From Longimicrobiales bacterium (GTDB lineage Bacteria > Gemmatimonadota > Gemmatimonadetes > Longimicrobiales > Gaopeijiaceae): a DNA stretch of 64,000 nucleotides. The translations under genes were made by a program, and so were the position numbers. The stretch is taken from contig JAWLHJ010000002.1 of the NCBI GenBank assembly GCA_041690395.1, positions 1 through 64,000 on the forward strand, in the 5' to 3' direction. The notes below the pieces were generated by a model that was given only the letters and a program-made list of their open reading frames with translations, made no database searches and was not told where the DNA came from. Positions within the stretch are counted from its first letter, which is position 1; every line of letters starts with the position of its first letter. Below, piece by piece: positions 47,656-57,806 of the stretch.

Positions 47656-47910
47656 CTACTCTGCGGGGTACACCGACACCACGTCGCGGGCCCGCATGCG
47701 CTCGAACTTCACCACGCCGTCCACGAGGGAAAAGAGCGTGTCGTCCTTGCCCTTTCCGACGTTCCGGCCCGGGTGGAACGAAGTCCCCCGCTGCCGCACG
47801 AGAATGCCACCGGCACGTACCGGCTGGCCACCGAAACGCTTGACGCCGAGGCGCTGGGCGTTGCTGTCGCGGCCGTTACGACTGGATCCTACACCTTTCT
47901 TATGTGCCAT
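47656..47910 (-). CDS. rpmA: 50S ribosomal protein L27
   Basis: [22 protein letters not shown]...RQRGT. Confidence 0.98.
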   Translation of the reverse strand: MAHKKGVGSSRNGRDSNAQRLGVKRFGGQPVRAGGILVRQRGTSFHPGRNVGKGKDDTLFSLVDGVVKFERMRARDVVSVYPAE

Positions 47911-47947
47911 GGTGTATCCCGTTTCCTGGAAGTCGAATCACCCGCCC

Positions 47948-48265
47948 TCAGGCGAGCGCGACCTCGTCGATTCTGATCTCGGTGAAGCCCTGACGGTGGC
48001 CCTGCTTCTTGCGGTACCCCTTGCGGCGCTTCCGCTTGAACACGATCACCTTGTCACCACGGCCGTGACGGACGACCTCGGCCTTCACCGAAGCACCTTC
48101 CAGAACGGGCGTGCCGACGTGGACCTGCTCCTCGCCGTCACCGGCGAGCAGGACATGGTCGAACGTCACCGCGCTTCCGGGCTCGGCGTCGAGCGAGGGA
48201 ATACGCAGGCGCGCTCCGGGCTCGGCCCGGAACTGCTTGCCACCGGTTTGAAATACTGCGTACAT
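47948..48265 (-). CDS. rplU: 50S ribosomal protein L21
   Basis: [12 protein letters not shown]...[16 protein letters not shown]. Confidence 0.98.
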   Translation of the reverse strand: MYAVFQTGGKQFRAEPGARLRIPSLDAEPGSAVTFDHVLLAGDGEEQVHVGTPVLEGASVKAEVVRHGRGDKVIVFKRKRRKGYRKKQGHRQGFTEIRIDEVALA

Positions 48266-48349
48266 ATCACGTCTCGCTTGGGCACGAAAGTTCGGTTTCT
48301 AGCCTGGTAATTTCGGCAAGGCGCCCGCGTGGGTCAAGGTACCGCCGGG

Positions 48350-49894
48350 TCAGGCCGCAACGTACTTGTCCGTGACGTCCGTTTCCGCGGGGCCGGAGAG
48401 GAGCCGGAACTCGTCGAAGCGCATCAGCGGGTCGTCACGGAGGTCAAGCTCCAGCTTGGTACGGTTCCGTAACCGCTTGAGGAGCTCGGGTTCCTCTTCC
48501 ATGACTCGGAGCGCCACCTCCGGATGGACCCTCACGACGATGCTCTTCTCGGACTTGGATGCCGCGGCGCGCCGCAGACTCCGCTCGATACGCCGCACCA
48601 CCGTGGCGGGCGTGTAGACCCTTCCCGACCCACCGCACGACGAACAGACGTGGGTCAGCGAGTTGAACAGCGACGGCCGGACACGCTGACGCGTCATCTC
48701 GACGAGGCCGAGTCCCGAGATCTCGAAGGTCTTCGTGCGCGCTCGGTCACGACCGAGGTGCGTCCGGAGCTCCTGGAGCACCTTGTCCCGGTGGGCCTGG
48801 GACTCCATGTCGATGAAGTCGACGACGATGATGCCGCCGACGTCCCGGAGGCGGAGCTGCTTCGCGATCTCGCGAGCGGCGTCGAGGTTGGTGCGGAGGA
48901 TGGTCTCGTCGGGGTCCTTCTTGCCCTTCCCCGTGAACTTCCCGGTGTTCACGTCGATGGACACCAGGGCCTCGGTCGGCTCGATGACGACGTGCCCGCC
49001 GGACTTCAGCGACACTTTGCTCCCGAAGGCCTGTTGGATCTCCTCCTCGATGTCGTACTCGTCGAACAGGGGAACGGCGCCTTCGTGGAGGTGCACCCGG
49101 TCCAGCAGATCCGGATCCACCGTCTTCACGTACTCGACGACCTCGTTGTAGATCGCCTTCGAGTCGATGCGCAGGGCCTCGAACTTGTCGCTGAAGAGGT
49201 CCCGGATGATCCCGCTGATGAGCTTGGCGTCCTGATGGACCGCCGCGGGCGCCTTCTGGGAGCGCGCCCGGTTCTGGATCTTCTGCCAGCGGCCGTGGAG
49301 GCGGTCGAACTCGTTCTTGAGGACCTCCTTCGTGACCTCTTCGCTCACCGTCCGGACGATGATCCCGCCCGAGTTCTCCGGAAGGATCTCCTTCGCCATC
49401 TTGCGGAGCTTCGCGCGCTGGTCCCGGCCCTCGATCTTCCGGCTGATGCCGACGTGGGACGAGAACGGCATGTAGACGAGGAAGCGCCCCGGGAGGGACA
49501 CCTGGGCGGTCAGCCTCGGTCCCTTGGTGCTGATCGGCTCCTTGGTGACCTGCACGAGGATCTGCTGACCCTTCTGCAGGCTCTCCTGGATGGGCGGGTA
49601 CTTCCGGCTCCGACGTCCGCGCCCTCGGCCGTTGCCGTTCCCGTCGTCCTCGTCGTCGTCGTCCTCGTCGTGGTTGAGGTCCGAGACGTGCAGGAATCCC
49701 GCCTTCTCGGTGCCGATGTCGACGAAGGCCGCCTGAATGCCGGGGAGGACCGCCTCGACCCGACCGAGGAAGATGTCTCCGACGACCCGATTCTGATCGG
49801 GTCTGTCGAACATGATTTCCACCAACTCACTGTCTTCGAGCAACGCCACCCACGACTCCTCGGGTGTCGCGCTCACGAGGATCTCTCTCCTCAA
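48350..49894 (-). CDS. rng: Rne/Rng family ribonuclease (RNase G-length)
   Basis: S1 domain (AAFVDIG, QVTKEP..KGPRLT), IDVNTG, QLRLRDVGGIIVVDFIDM, CxxC. TTG start after GGAG. Confidence 0.93.
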   Translation of the reverse strand: MRREILVSATPEESWVALLEDSELVEIMFDRPDQNRVVGDIFLGRVEAVLPGIQAAFVDIGTEKAGFLHVSDLNHDEDDDDEDDGNGNGRGRGRRSRKYPPIQESLQKGQQILVQVTKEPISTKGPRLTAQVSLPGRFLVYMPFSSHVGISRKIEGRDQRAKLRKMAKEILPENSGGIIVRTVSEEVTKEVLKNEFDRLHGRWQKIQNRARSQKAPAAVHQDAKLISGIIRDLFSDKFEALRIDSKAIYNEVVEYVKTVDPDLLDRVHLHEGAVPLFDEYDIEEEIQQAFGSKVSLKSGGHVVIEPTEALVSIDVNTGKFTGKGKKDPDETILRTNLDAAREIAKQLRLRDVGGIIVVDFIDMESQAHRDKVLQELRTHLGRDRARTKTFEISGLGLVEMTRQRVRPSLFNSLTHVCSSCGGSGRVYTPATVVRRIERSLRRAAASKSEKSIVVRVHPEVALRVMEEEPELLKRLRNRTKLELDLRDDPLMRFDEFRLLSGPAETDVTDKYVAA

Positions 49895-50081
49895 AGCGTG
49901 CTCCAATGTTGTGCCCCGCTCCGGCTACCCTCGACGACGCTCCGTGCGTCCCGGATCCGCCCACCACCGGTCGTGGACGGGCGAATCAGGCGACCATGGA
50001 GCATCCGTCGCTCTCGGGCGCGATGCCGTGCGTGCCTCCGCGAATTCGGAGCCACGCCTCGGGCACCGCACGAAGCGGCGA

Positions 50082-51347
50082 CTAGGCCGTGACCTCGGCC
50101 CGTTCCCGGGCCGGTCTGTGCTGTGACTGCAGTGGGTCGGCCAGCACCTCCGCCAGCATGTGGCGGGCGATGACCAGCTTCTGCACTTCGCTCGTACCCT
50201 CTCCGATCTCGCAGATCTTCGCGTCGCGCATCATGCGCTCGACGGGGTAGTCGCTGGTGTATCCGGCGCCGCCCATGACCTGGATGGCGCCGAGTGTGGC
50301 GCGCATGGAGAGCTCGGAACAGTAGAGCTTCGCCATGGCGGCTTCCTTCGAGAACGGCGCGCCCTGGTCCTTCAACCAGGCCGCGTGGTACGTCAGATGC
50401 TTTCCGGCCTCGATCTCGGTCGCGAGATCGGAGAGCCGGAACTGGACCTGCTGGAAGTCCCAGACCTTCTTGCCGAACTGCTCACGGTCGTTCACGTAGC
50501 GAACGGCCGTTTCGAACGCGCCCTCGGCGAGCCCCAGCGAGAGCGCCGCGACGCCGATCCGGCCAGCATCGAGGGTCTTCATGAAGTTGACGAAGCCCAT
50601 GCCTTCCTCGCCGAGCCGCTGGTCCTCGGACACGTACACGTCCTGGAGGAGCAGCTCGCGCGTGTCGGAGGCCCGCCATCCCATCTTGTCTTCCTTCTCC
50701 CCGGCGGTCAGCCCTTCGCTGAACGGCAGGCTCCCGTCGTGGCCGAAGCCGATACGCTCGGCCTCTTCGAGGTCGACGGTCGGCTTACAGGCGATGAAGC
50801 TCGAGATGCCGCGCGCCCCCTGGTCGGGGTCGGTCACGGCGGTCACCACGAAGACTTCGCCGACACCGGCGTGCGTGATGAAGATCTTGGAACCGTTGAT
50901 GCGGTACCCATCGCCTTCCCGCACGGCACGGGTGCGCGTCCCTCCGGCGTCGGAGCCGGCGCCGGGCTCCGTGAGCCCGAAGCCGCCGAGCACCTTCCCG
51001 CTCGCGAGCGGAGGAATGAAGCGCTCCTTCTGCTCCCGCGTCCCGAACGCCAGGATCGGCGACAGGCCGAGCGTGGTGTGCGCCGAGACCGTGATCGAAT
51101 GACTCGCGTCGTATTTCGCGAGCTCCTCCACGACGAGGATGTAGCTCAGGTAGTCGCGGCCCATCCCCCCGAGATCCCGGGGCACGGGAACACCGAGGAG
51201 CCCCATCTCGCCCATGGCCTTCACGTTCTCCCACGGGAAGGTGCAGGACTCGTCGAGGTCCTTCGCCACGGGCGCTATCGCCTCGCGGGCGAAGTCCGCT
51301 ACCCGTTCCCTGAGCTTTACGTGTTCCTCGGTGAGATATCGATCCAT
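50082..51347 (-). CDS. Acyl-CoA dehydrogenase (short/branched-chain type)
   Basis: FGLTEPGAGSDA, NGSKIFIT, KMGWRASDT, GRIGVAA, REQFG, GGAGY, EIGEGTSEVQ. Confidence 0.93.
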   Translation of the reverse strand: MDRYLTEEHVKLRERVADFAREAIAPVAKDLDESCTFPWENVKAMGEMGLLGVPVPRDLGGMGRDYLSYILVVEELAKYDASHSITVSAHTTLGLSPILAFGTREQKERFIPPLASGKVLGGFGLTEPGAGSDAGGTRTRAVREGDGYRINGSKIFITHAGVGEVFVVTAVTDPDQGARGISSFIACKPTVDLEEAERIGFGHDGSLPFSEGLTAGEKEDKMGWRASDTRELLLQDVYVSEDQRLGEEGMGFVNFMKTLDAGRIGVAALSLGLAEGAFETAVRYVNDREQFGKKVWDFQQVQFRLSDLATEIEAGKHLTYHAAWLKDQGAPFSKEAAMAKLYCSELSMRATLGAIQVMGGAGYTSDYPVERMMRDAKICEIGEGTSEVQKLVIARHMLAEVLADPLQSQHRPARERAEVTA

Positions 51348-51367
51348 GGTCTTGAAATCGCTCGAAT

Positions 51368-52831
51368 TCAAATGGAAGGAGTCCGCTGACAACGATCGCA
51401 CCGACCGCAACGGGCCGCCGCGCGCTCTCCAAAGTAACGCAGCAGGGCCCTCCGGCGGCAGCCACGGGTGCTCGCGAACTCCTTCACGGCCTTCAACTTC
51501 CCGAGCACTACCCGGCGGCGGAGCAGCAGGGGCGCCGGGTCGATGCGATGATCCACGTACGCCCACGTCCCCTGAGACCCTTCAGACCGGGCGTCGGTTC
51601 CCGGCGGGGCGTCGGTCGGCTCGACCGGCCGAACGGCGCCGAGCCGCGCCAGGGCCTCCATGATCGCGGGCGCGGCCGGCGCGTCGGCGATCCAATCCAC
51701 GGTCACCAAGCCACCCTCGCGGCCGTCGCTCCGCGCCCAGCGTCCGAGGCGCCCGAGCGCCCGCCCGAGCGTCCGCCGCGACGGGTGCGCCAGGCGGATC
51801 TTGTCCCGCGCGAAGCGGAGATCCGCGGGCGTGTAGAACGTCACGCAAGCCGAGTCGAGGCCGTCCCTCCCGGCACGCCCGGCCTCCTGGTAGTACGCCT
51901 CCAGCGTCGACGGGAGCGCCACGTGCACCACGGTCCGGACGTCGGCCTTGTCGATGCCCATCCCGAACGCGTTGGTGGCGACGACCACCCGGCATCCTCC
52001 ACCCATGAAGGTGTCCTGCACGGCCGTGCGGGCGGTGCCGGAGAGCCCGGCATGGTAGGCCTGGGCCGACACGCCGAAGCCCGCGAGCCGGTCACGGACC
52101 GACTCGACCGTCGCGCGCGTCGGCGCGTATACGATGGCGGGGCCGGGACGACGGGCCAGGAGCCGGTAGGTCGCGCGCACACGCCCGGCCATCGTCCGCT
52201 CCCGGACGACGGTCCACGACAAGTTCGGGCGGTCGAAGGAGCGCACGACCACGAGCGGCTCGCGGAGGTCGAGGCTACCGACGACGTCGTCGCGCACGTC
52301 CGGAGTGGCGGTCGCGGTCAGGGCGAGTGTCGGGCAGCCGAGGAGCGACCGGAGCCGACCGATCCTCCGGTAGCAGGGCCTGAACTCGTGACCCCACTCG
52401 GAGATACAGTGCGCCTCGTCGATGGCGAGCAAACGCACGTCGAGCCTGCGGAGCTCGTCCTGGAAGCTGTTCAGCTCGAGGCGCTCCGGGGCCACGAAGA
52501 GAATGTCGAGCCCGCCTTCCCGGGCCGCCTCCAGGATCGCCCGTTTCTCGGCGGCCGGCCGGGTGGCGCTCAGGTACTCCCCGCGGAGCCCACCGTCGAC
52601 GGCCCGCCTCACCTGGTCCTGCATCAGCGACACGAGGGGCGTGACGACGAGGGTCAGCCCACCCAGGGCCAGCGCGGGGATCTGGTAGCAGACGCTCTTG
52701 CCGCCACCGGTCGGCAACACCCCCAGCGCGTCGCGTCCGGCCAGGACCGCGCGGACGAGCTCCTCCTGACCCGGCCTGAACCCGGGAAATCCGAAGTGAC
52801 GACGCAGGAGCTCGCGGGGATCGGCGACCAT
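51368..52831 (-). CDS. recQ: RecQ family ATP-dependent DNA helicase (short, no HRDC)
   Basis: PTGGGKSVCYQIP, DEAHCISEWGHEFRP, LTATAT, ATNAFGMGIDK, YYQEAGRAGRDG, CRR...CGRCDRC. Confidence 0.93.
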   Translation of the reverse strand: MVADPRELLRRHFGFPGFRPGQEELVRAVLAGRDALGVLPTGGGKSVCYQIPALALGGLTLVVTPLVSLMQDQVRRAVDGGLRGEYLSATRPAAEKRAILEAAREGGLDILFVAPERLELNSFQDELRRLDVRLLAIDEAHCISEWGHEFRPCYRRIGRLRSLLGCPTLALTATATPDVRDDVVGSLDLREPLVVVRSFDRPNLSWTVVRERTMAGRVRATYRLLARRPGPAIVYAPTRATVESVRDRLAGFGVSAQAYHAGLSGTARTAVQDTFMGGGCRVVVATNAFGMGIDKADVRTVVHVALPSTLEAYYQEAGRAGRDGLDSACVTFYTPADLRFARDKIRLAHPSRRTLGRALGRLGRWARSDGREGGLVTVDWIADAPAAPAIMEALARLGAVRPVEPTDAPPGTDARSEGSQGTWAYVDHRIDPAPLLLRRRVVLGKLKAVKEFASTRGCRRRALLRYFGERAAARCGRCDRCQRTPSI

Positions 52832-52882
52832 GCCCCAACGTTGCGTCGGGGGCCGGGACCGGGGGATGGTGGAACGGGTCCC

Positions 52883-53116
52883 TCAGACCGCGGAGGTATC
52901 GTCTCCGGCGCTCTCGATCCCGTTCTCCGACTCCACGACTTTACCCCCGGGAAGGAAGCGGAGCATCATGCCGACGATCAGCACCCCGATCGCCGCCCAG
53001 GTCATCCAGCTCTGGTTCATCGCCATGCCGACGACAGCGAGGACCGCCCCCAGGGTGAACAGCCGCACCTTCCACTCCAGGTAGCGGCCCGCCCGGCGGG
53101 ATCGGTCGAAGAACAC
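52883..53116 (-). CDS. Small hypothetical membrane protein (2 TM)
   Basis: GTG start, FFDRSRRAGRYLEWKVRLFTLGAVLAVVG...; fills the gap between operon genes. Confidence 0.7.
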   Translation of the reverse strand: MFFDRSRRAGRYLEWKVRLFTLGAVLAVVGMAMNQSWMTWAAIGVLIVGMMLRFLPGGKVVESENGIESAGDDTSAV

Positions 53117-53127
53117 GTCGGCTCGGC

Positions 53128-53898
53128 CTAGCGGGAGGAGCGCTCGAGGAAGCGCCGAACGCCCGCGCGACACTCGTCGGACATGCGGGCCTCCGCGTTC
53201 ACCCGGGCCCCTCGCTCGATCCCCTCCTGCAGCGAGAGACCGTCGAGGTCGTACAGCAGCTTCTTCGTGAGCGCGACGGCGCCGGGGGGCCTCTTCGCGA
53301 GGCCCGCCAGGTATCGCCCGGATTCGGCGTCGAACGAAGCCGACTCGTAGACCCGGGTCACGAGGCCGATCCGCTCCGCCTCGGTGGCGCTGACGCGCTG
53401 GCCGTCGACGACCAGGTCGAACGCCTTCGCCTCGCCGACCTTCCGTCGCAGGATCGCCATGACCATGGCGGGCACGAAGCCGAGGTGAACCTCGGGATAC
53501 CCCAGCTCGGCGCCCTCGTCGGCCAGCACGACGTCGCACGCCGAAGCGAGCCCGCAACCGCCGGCCAGCGCCCGGCCCCGCACGAGCGCGACCACCGGAC
53601 AGCGCAGGCCGCGCATCTTCGTGAACAGCGCCCCGAGGGAGCGCGCGTCCTCCAGATTCTCGTCCTTCGAGAGCGTCGCGATCCGCTCGAGCTCGGCGAG
53701 GTCGGCGCCGGAGCAGAAGTCCTTCCCCGCCCCCGCGATGGCGACCACGCGCACGGCCCCGTCGGCTTCCGCCCGGTCGAGGCCGTCCTTGATCGCCGCG
53801 ACGAGCTCGCCGTTCAGAGCGTTCCGCTTGTCCGGACGGTTGAGCGTCAGCGTCGCGACGCCGTCCTCCACCTCGTACAGCAGGACCGGCTCGGTCAC
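53128..53898 (-). CDS. Enoyl-CoA hydratase (methylglutaconyl-CoA hydratase-like)
   Basis: LNRPDKRNAL, FCSGADL, AGGCGLASACD, YPEVHLGFVPA; GTGA overlap. Confidence 0.88.
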   Translation of the reverse strand: MTEPVLLYEVEDGVATLTLNRPDKRNALNGELVAAIKDGLDRAEADGAVRVVAIAGAGKDFCSGADLAELERIATLSKDENLEDARSLGALFTKMRGLRCPVVALVRGRALAGGCGLASACDVVLADEGAELGYPEVHLGFVPAMVMAILRRKVGEAKAFDLVVDGQRVSATEAERIGLVTRVYESASFDAESGRYLAGLAKRPPGAVALTKKLLYDLDGLSLQEGIERGARVNAEARMSDECRAGVRRFLERSSR

Positions 53899-54287
53899 AC
53901 GTACGCTCCCGGCTTCGGCTCCCATCCGTCCGGCACGCGACCGCGTCCACGCACGGCCTTCGCGACATCCTCGGGAACCTCGATCTCCATGCGGAGAAGC
54001 GCCGTGCTGAACACCTTCCCCTGGGCGTCGTTCATGAGCGACATGGTACCGCCGCCGCCGAGCGCGCCGTGGAGCAGGAAGTTCAGCGCGCTCAGGTTCG
54101 GAAGCTCGAAGCGCTCGACCTCCCCCTTCACCATGGGTCCGAAGAACGCCTTCACCTTCTCCGGGGTCAGCTGCTCGACCAGGAGGGGGTAATGCTCCGC
54201 GTCGTACGCGATGATGCCGACGTTGGCCGTGTCGCCCTTGTCTCCGGAACGGGCGTGGGCCAGGTGCACCAGTTGGATACGGCTCAT
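53895..54287 (-). CDS. AtuA-related C-terminal ferredoxin-like domain protein
   Basis: [42 protein letters not shown]. Confidence 0.88.
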   Translation of the reverse strand: MSRIQLVHLAHARSGDKGDTANVGIIAYDAEHYPLLVEQLTPEKVKAFFGPMVKGEVERFELPNLSALNFLLHGALGGGGTMSLMNDAQGKVFSTALLRMEIEVPEDVAKAVRGRGRVPDGWEPKPGAYV

Positions 54288-55666
54288 ACGTCCTTCACCT
54301 CCACCTGCAGATGCGGCTGGACGGCCTCCTTGCGGATGAGCGCCGGCCAGTAGGCCATGATCTGTTGGACCCGCGGGCGGCCGCCGGCGAAGCCGGTCAC
54401 CGAAGGCGGGCCGGTCAGCACGAGCGGTGCGATCTCGCGCGTGAAGCGCTCCACCGCGGCGCGGTCGTCCGAACGGACGCCGACCCGGAGCTGGACTTCT
54501 GGCAGGTCCGCCGGAGGCTCACCCACGAGCGCGCCGTGGGTCGAGTCCCACCCCACGAGCTCCGTACGGACCTCGTCGAACTCGAGGCCCAGCCGGTCGA
54601 GCCGCTCCCGCAGGATCTGCGCGGCGCCGCGGGCCTTCGCCGCGGCGTCGGGCCACGAGTACGTGAGCGTGCCGGTGGCCTTCCACCCCCCTGCGTAGGC
54701 GATCGATACCTTCAGGAAGTCCGTCGCGGACCGCCCCTTCACGCCGTCCACGCGCACCCGGTTCGTTCCGACCTCGTCGAGCCGAATCGATGTGAAGTCG
54801 GCGATCACGTCGGGGGTGATGTATTCCTGGGGATCCCCCATCTCGTACAGGATCTGCTCGGCGACGGAGGCACGCGTCACCCGCCCCCCCGTGCCCTCGT
54901 GCTTGGTGACCACGAAGCTGCCGTCCGGGGAAACCTCGACGATGGGGAAGCCGAGCTCGGCCATCCCCTCGATGCTCCACCAGTCGATGAGGCAGTTGCC
55001 GCCCGTGCACTGGGCGCCGCACTCGTTGATATGCCCCGCGATGACGCCCGCGGCGATGCGGTCCCAGTCGTCGGGCGCCCAGCCGAACTCGTGCATGAGC
55101 GGCGCGTAGGTGAGCGCCGTGTCCGTGCTCCGGCCCGTGACGATAACGTCCGCGCCCTTCTCGAGCGCCTTCACGATGGGGGTCGCGCCGATGTACGCGT
55201 TCGCGCTCTGGACCTGGTCGCGGATGGTCGAGAGCGGCTCGCCGGTCTCCATGTTCCGGAGCTCGTGGCCCTGCTCGAGCAGCTCGTCCAGTCGGTCCAT
55301 CAGGTCGTCACCGGTGACGAGGCCGACCTTCGCCTTGCCGCCGACGCCGGCCGCACGGCCAGCCTCCACCAGCGCGTCGGCGCACCCGACCGGGTTCACG
55401 CCCCCGGCGTTGGTGACCACCCGCACGCCCTTCTCGACGCAGGCCGGGAAGATCCGCTCCATCAGCTCGACGAAATCGCGAGCGTATCCGGCCGACGGGT
55501 CACGGCTCCGCTGCTTCTGCATGATGGACATCGTGACCTCGGCCAGATAGTCCAGCATGAGGTAGTCGATGGGTCCTCGCTCGACCTGGCGGACGGGGGC
55601 CTCGAGGTCGTCGCCCCAGAAGCCCTGGCCGCTCGCGACGCGAACGGTTCGGTCGGTGCTGCTCAT
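54284..55666 (-). CDS. atuA: Acyclic terpene utilization AtuA family protein (N-terminal part)
   Basis: [57 protein letters not shown]. Confidence 0.9.
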   Translation of the reverse strand: MSSTDRTVRVASGQGFWGDDLEAPVRQVERGPIDYLMLDYLAEVTMSIMQKQRSRDPSAGYARDFVELMERIFPACVEKGVRVVTNAGGVNPVGCADALVEAGRAAGVGGKAKVGLVTGDDLMDRLDELLEQGHELRNMETGEPLSTIRDQVQSANAYIGATPIVKALEKGADVIVTGRSTDTALTYAPLMHEFGWAPDDWDRIAAGVIAGHINECGAQCTGGNCLIDWWSIEGMAELGFPIVEVSPDGSFVVTKHEGTGGRVTRASVAEQILYEMGDPQEYITPDVIADFTSIRLDEVGTNRVRVDGVKGRSATDFLKVSIAYAGGWKATGTLTYSWPDAAAKARGAAQILRERLDRLGLEFDEVRTELVGWDSTHGALVGEPPADLPEVQLRVGVRSDDRAAVERFTREIAPLVLTGPPSVTGFAGGRPRVQQIMAYWPALIRKEAVQPHLQVEVKDV

Positions 55667-57294
55667 GCACTCTCCGGTATGTGGAACGCTCCCACGTGGG
55701 GACCGTCATTGTTCAAGGAAGCTCTGAGAAGGAGCCCGAGCGCGGGGCGGAGCTCCTCGGCCAGCACGATCTCGTCCACGAAGCCGCGTGCGGCGGCGAA
55801 GCGGGCGTCGAGCTGGCGGTCGTACTCTTCACGGACCTCGTCCATGCGCGTCGTGAGGTCCTCGTCGGGCACCTTGCCCTCGGCCTTCAGCTTCTCGATC
55901 TGGCCGCTGAAGAGCGCCATGACCGCGCTGGAGCCCTCCATGACCCCCATCCGTCCCGTCGGGAGCGACAGGATGAAGTCGGGGTCGAAGCCCTGTCCGG
56001 CCATGGCGTAGTAGCCCGCTCCGGACGCGTGGTTCAGCGTCAGCACCAGCTTCGGCACGGTCGCGGTGGCCATGGCCTCCACGAACTGGGCGCCCGCGCG
56101 GATGATCCCCGAGTGCTCGGCGTCGGGACCGACCATGAAGCCCGAGACATCCTGCACGAAGAGGATCGGCGTCCTGTGCCGGTTCATCGTCTCGATGAAG
56201 TAGGCCACCTTGAGCGCGCTCTCCGTGTAGACGATCCCCCCGAACCGCGGCGGGCCGCCCTTGGCGCTCTTGAACATGCCGCGCGCGTTCGCGATGACGC
56301 CGACCGGGATGCCGTCGAGGAAGCCGGTTCCGCAGATCATCTCCTTGGCGTGCTCGGGCTGGAACTCGTCGAGCCCGTCGCCGTCGAGAATGCAGTCGAG
56401 CACCTCGCGGACGTCGTACGGCTGCCGGTGATCGTCGGGGAGGATGTCGTACAGCTCCTGCGGGATCCTGGCGGGCGGCGTAGCCTCACGCTCTTTCCGC
56501 TCAACCTCGACGGGCAACTCCTCCACGAGCCTCCTGAGTCGGGCGATGCACGCCTGGTCGTTCTCGACCATATAGTGCGCCACGCCGCTCACCTCGGTGT
56601 GCACACGCGCCCCGCCGAGCTCCTCCTGCCCGACGCTCTGGCCGGTGGCGCCCTTCACCAGGTTCGGACCGCCGAGCCCCATGAACGACGTGCCGTCGAC
56701 CATCAGGATGACGTCCGACAGCGCGGGCAGGTAGGCGCCGCCCGCGATGCACGGCCCCATGACCGCCGCGAGCTGCGGGATCTTGAGGTAGCGGCGCATG
56801 ATCGAGTTGTAGTAGAAGATGCGCGCCGCCCCGTACTGGCCGGGGAAAACGCCGCCCTGGTACGGGAGGTTCACGCCCGCGGAGTCCACCAGGTAGATGA
56901 TCGGGATGCGGCAGCGCATCGCGACCTCCTGGGCCCGCAGGATCTTCGTGATGGTCTCCGGCCACCAGGATCCGGCCTTCACGGTCGCGTCGTTCGCCAC
57001 CACGACGACCTCGCGACCCTCGACCCGGCCCACGCCCGTCACGACGCCGGCGCCAGGCGCCTGGCCGTCGTACTGGTCGTGCGCGACCAGCATGCCCAGC
57101 TCGACCCAGGGCTCGCCCTCGTCGAGGAGCAGGTCGATGCGCTCCCGCGCGGTCAGCTTGCCCTGGTCGTGCTGTTTGGCGATGCGCTTCGCTCCACCGC
57201 CCTCGCGCAGCTTCTCGCGGAGCTCCTTCAGCTCGGCGGAAAGCTCACCGAGCCGTCCCTTCCCTGCATTCGCCTCCGGAGCCTTCGTCGCCAT
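55663..57294 (-). CDS. Acyl-CoA carboxylase carboxyltransferase (beta) subunit, MCC/PCC-like
   Basis: [54 protein letters not shown]. Confidence 0.93.
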   Translation of the reverse strand: MATKAPEANAGKGRLGELSAELKELREKLREGGGAKRIAKQHDQGKLTARERIDLLLDEGEPWVELGMLVAHDQYDGQAPGAGVVTGVGRVEGREVVVVANDATVKAGSWWPETITKILRAQEVAMRCRIPIIYLVDSAGVNLPYQGGVFPGQYGAARIFYYNSIMRRYLKIPQLAAVMGPCIAGGAYLPALSDVILMVDGTSFMGLGGPNLVKGATGQSVGQEELGGARVHTEVSGVAHYMVENDQACIARLRRLVEELPVEVERKEREATPPARIPQELYDILPDDHRQPYDVREVLDCILDGDGLDEFQPEHAKEMICGTGFLDGIPVGVIANARGMFKSAKGGPPRFGGIVYTESALKVAYFIETMNRHRTPILFVQDVSGFMVGPDAEHSGIIRAGAQFVEAMATATVPKLVLTLNHASGAGYYAMAGQGFDPDFILSLPTGRMGVMEGSSAVMALFSGQIEKLKAEGKVPDEDLTTRMDEVREEYDRQLDARFAAARGFVDEIVLAEELRPALGLLLRASLNNDGPHVGAFHIPESA

Positions 57295-57710
57295 CAGGCG
57301 ACCTCCCGGGCGGCGAACCACTCGCGGATGTAGTCGATGGCGGCCGAGGTCGGGGTGCCGGGCCCGAACAGCTTGCCCATGCCCTTCTCCTCCAGTGCCT
57401 CCATGTCCTCCTCGGGAATGATGCCGCCGCCCGTCAGGAGGATGCCTTCGGCACCCGCCTCGTCGAGCAACGCCTTCACCCTGGGGAAGAGCGTCATGTG
57501 AGCTCCGGAGAGGACCGACATGGCCACCACGTCCACGTCCTCCTGGACGGCGGCGGCGACGATCATCTCGGGAGTCTGGTGCAGGCCGGTGTAGATGACC
57601 TCGAAGCCCGCGTCGCGGAAGGCGCTCGCGATCACCTTGGCGCCGCGGTCGTGGCCGTCGAGGCCGGGCTTCGCCACGAGCACTCGGATCTTGCGATCGG
57701 TGTTGGACAT
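57294..57710 (-). CDS. Cobalamin-binding domain protein (acyl-CoA mutase small subunit)
   Basis: [40 protein letters not shown]. Confidence 0.95.
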   Translation of the reverse strand: MSNTDRKIRVLVAKPGLDGHDRGAKVIASAFRDAGFEVIYTGLHQTPEMIVAAAVQEDVDVVAMSVLSGAHMTLFPRVKALLDEAGAEGILLTGGGIIPEEDMEALEEKGMGKLFGPGTPTSAAIDYIREWFAAREVA

Positions 57711-57806
57711 CGGGCACGTCCCCGTGTCTAGACGTTGTGTTCGTAAGGATCGGGATGCAGCCTGGAAAGATAGGGAAAGCCGGACCGCGCGGGAATTCGG
57801 GGCGTA

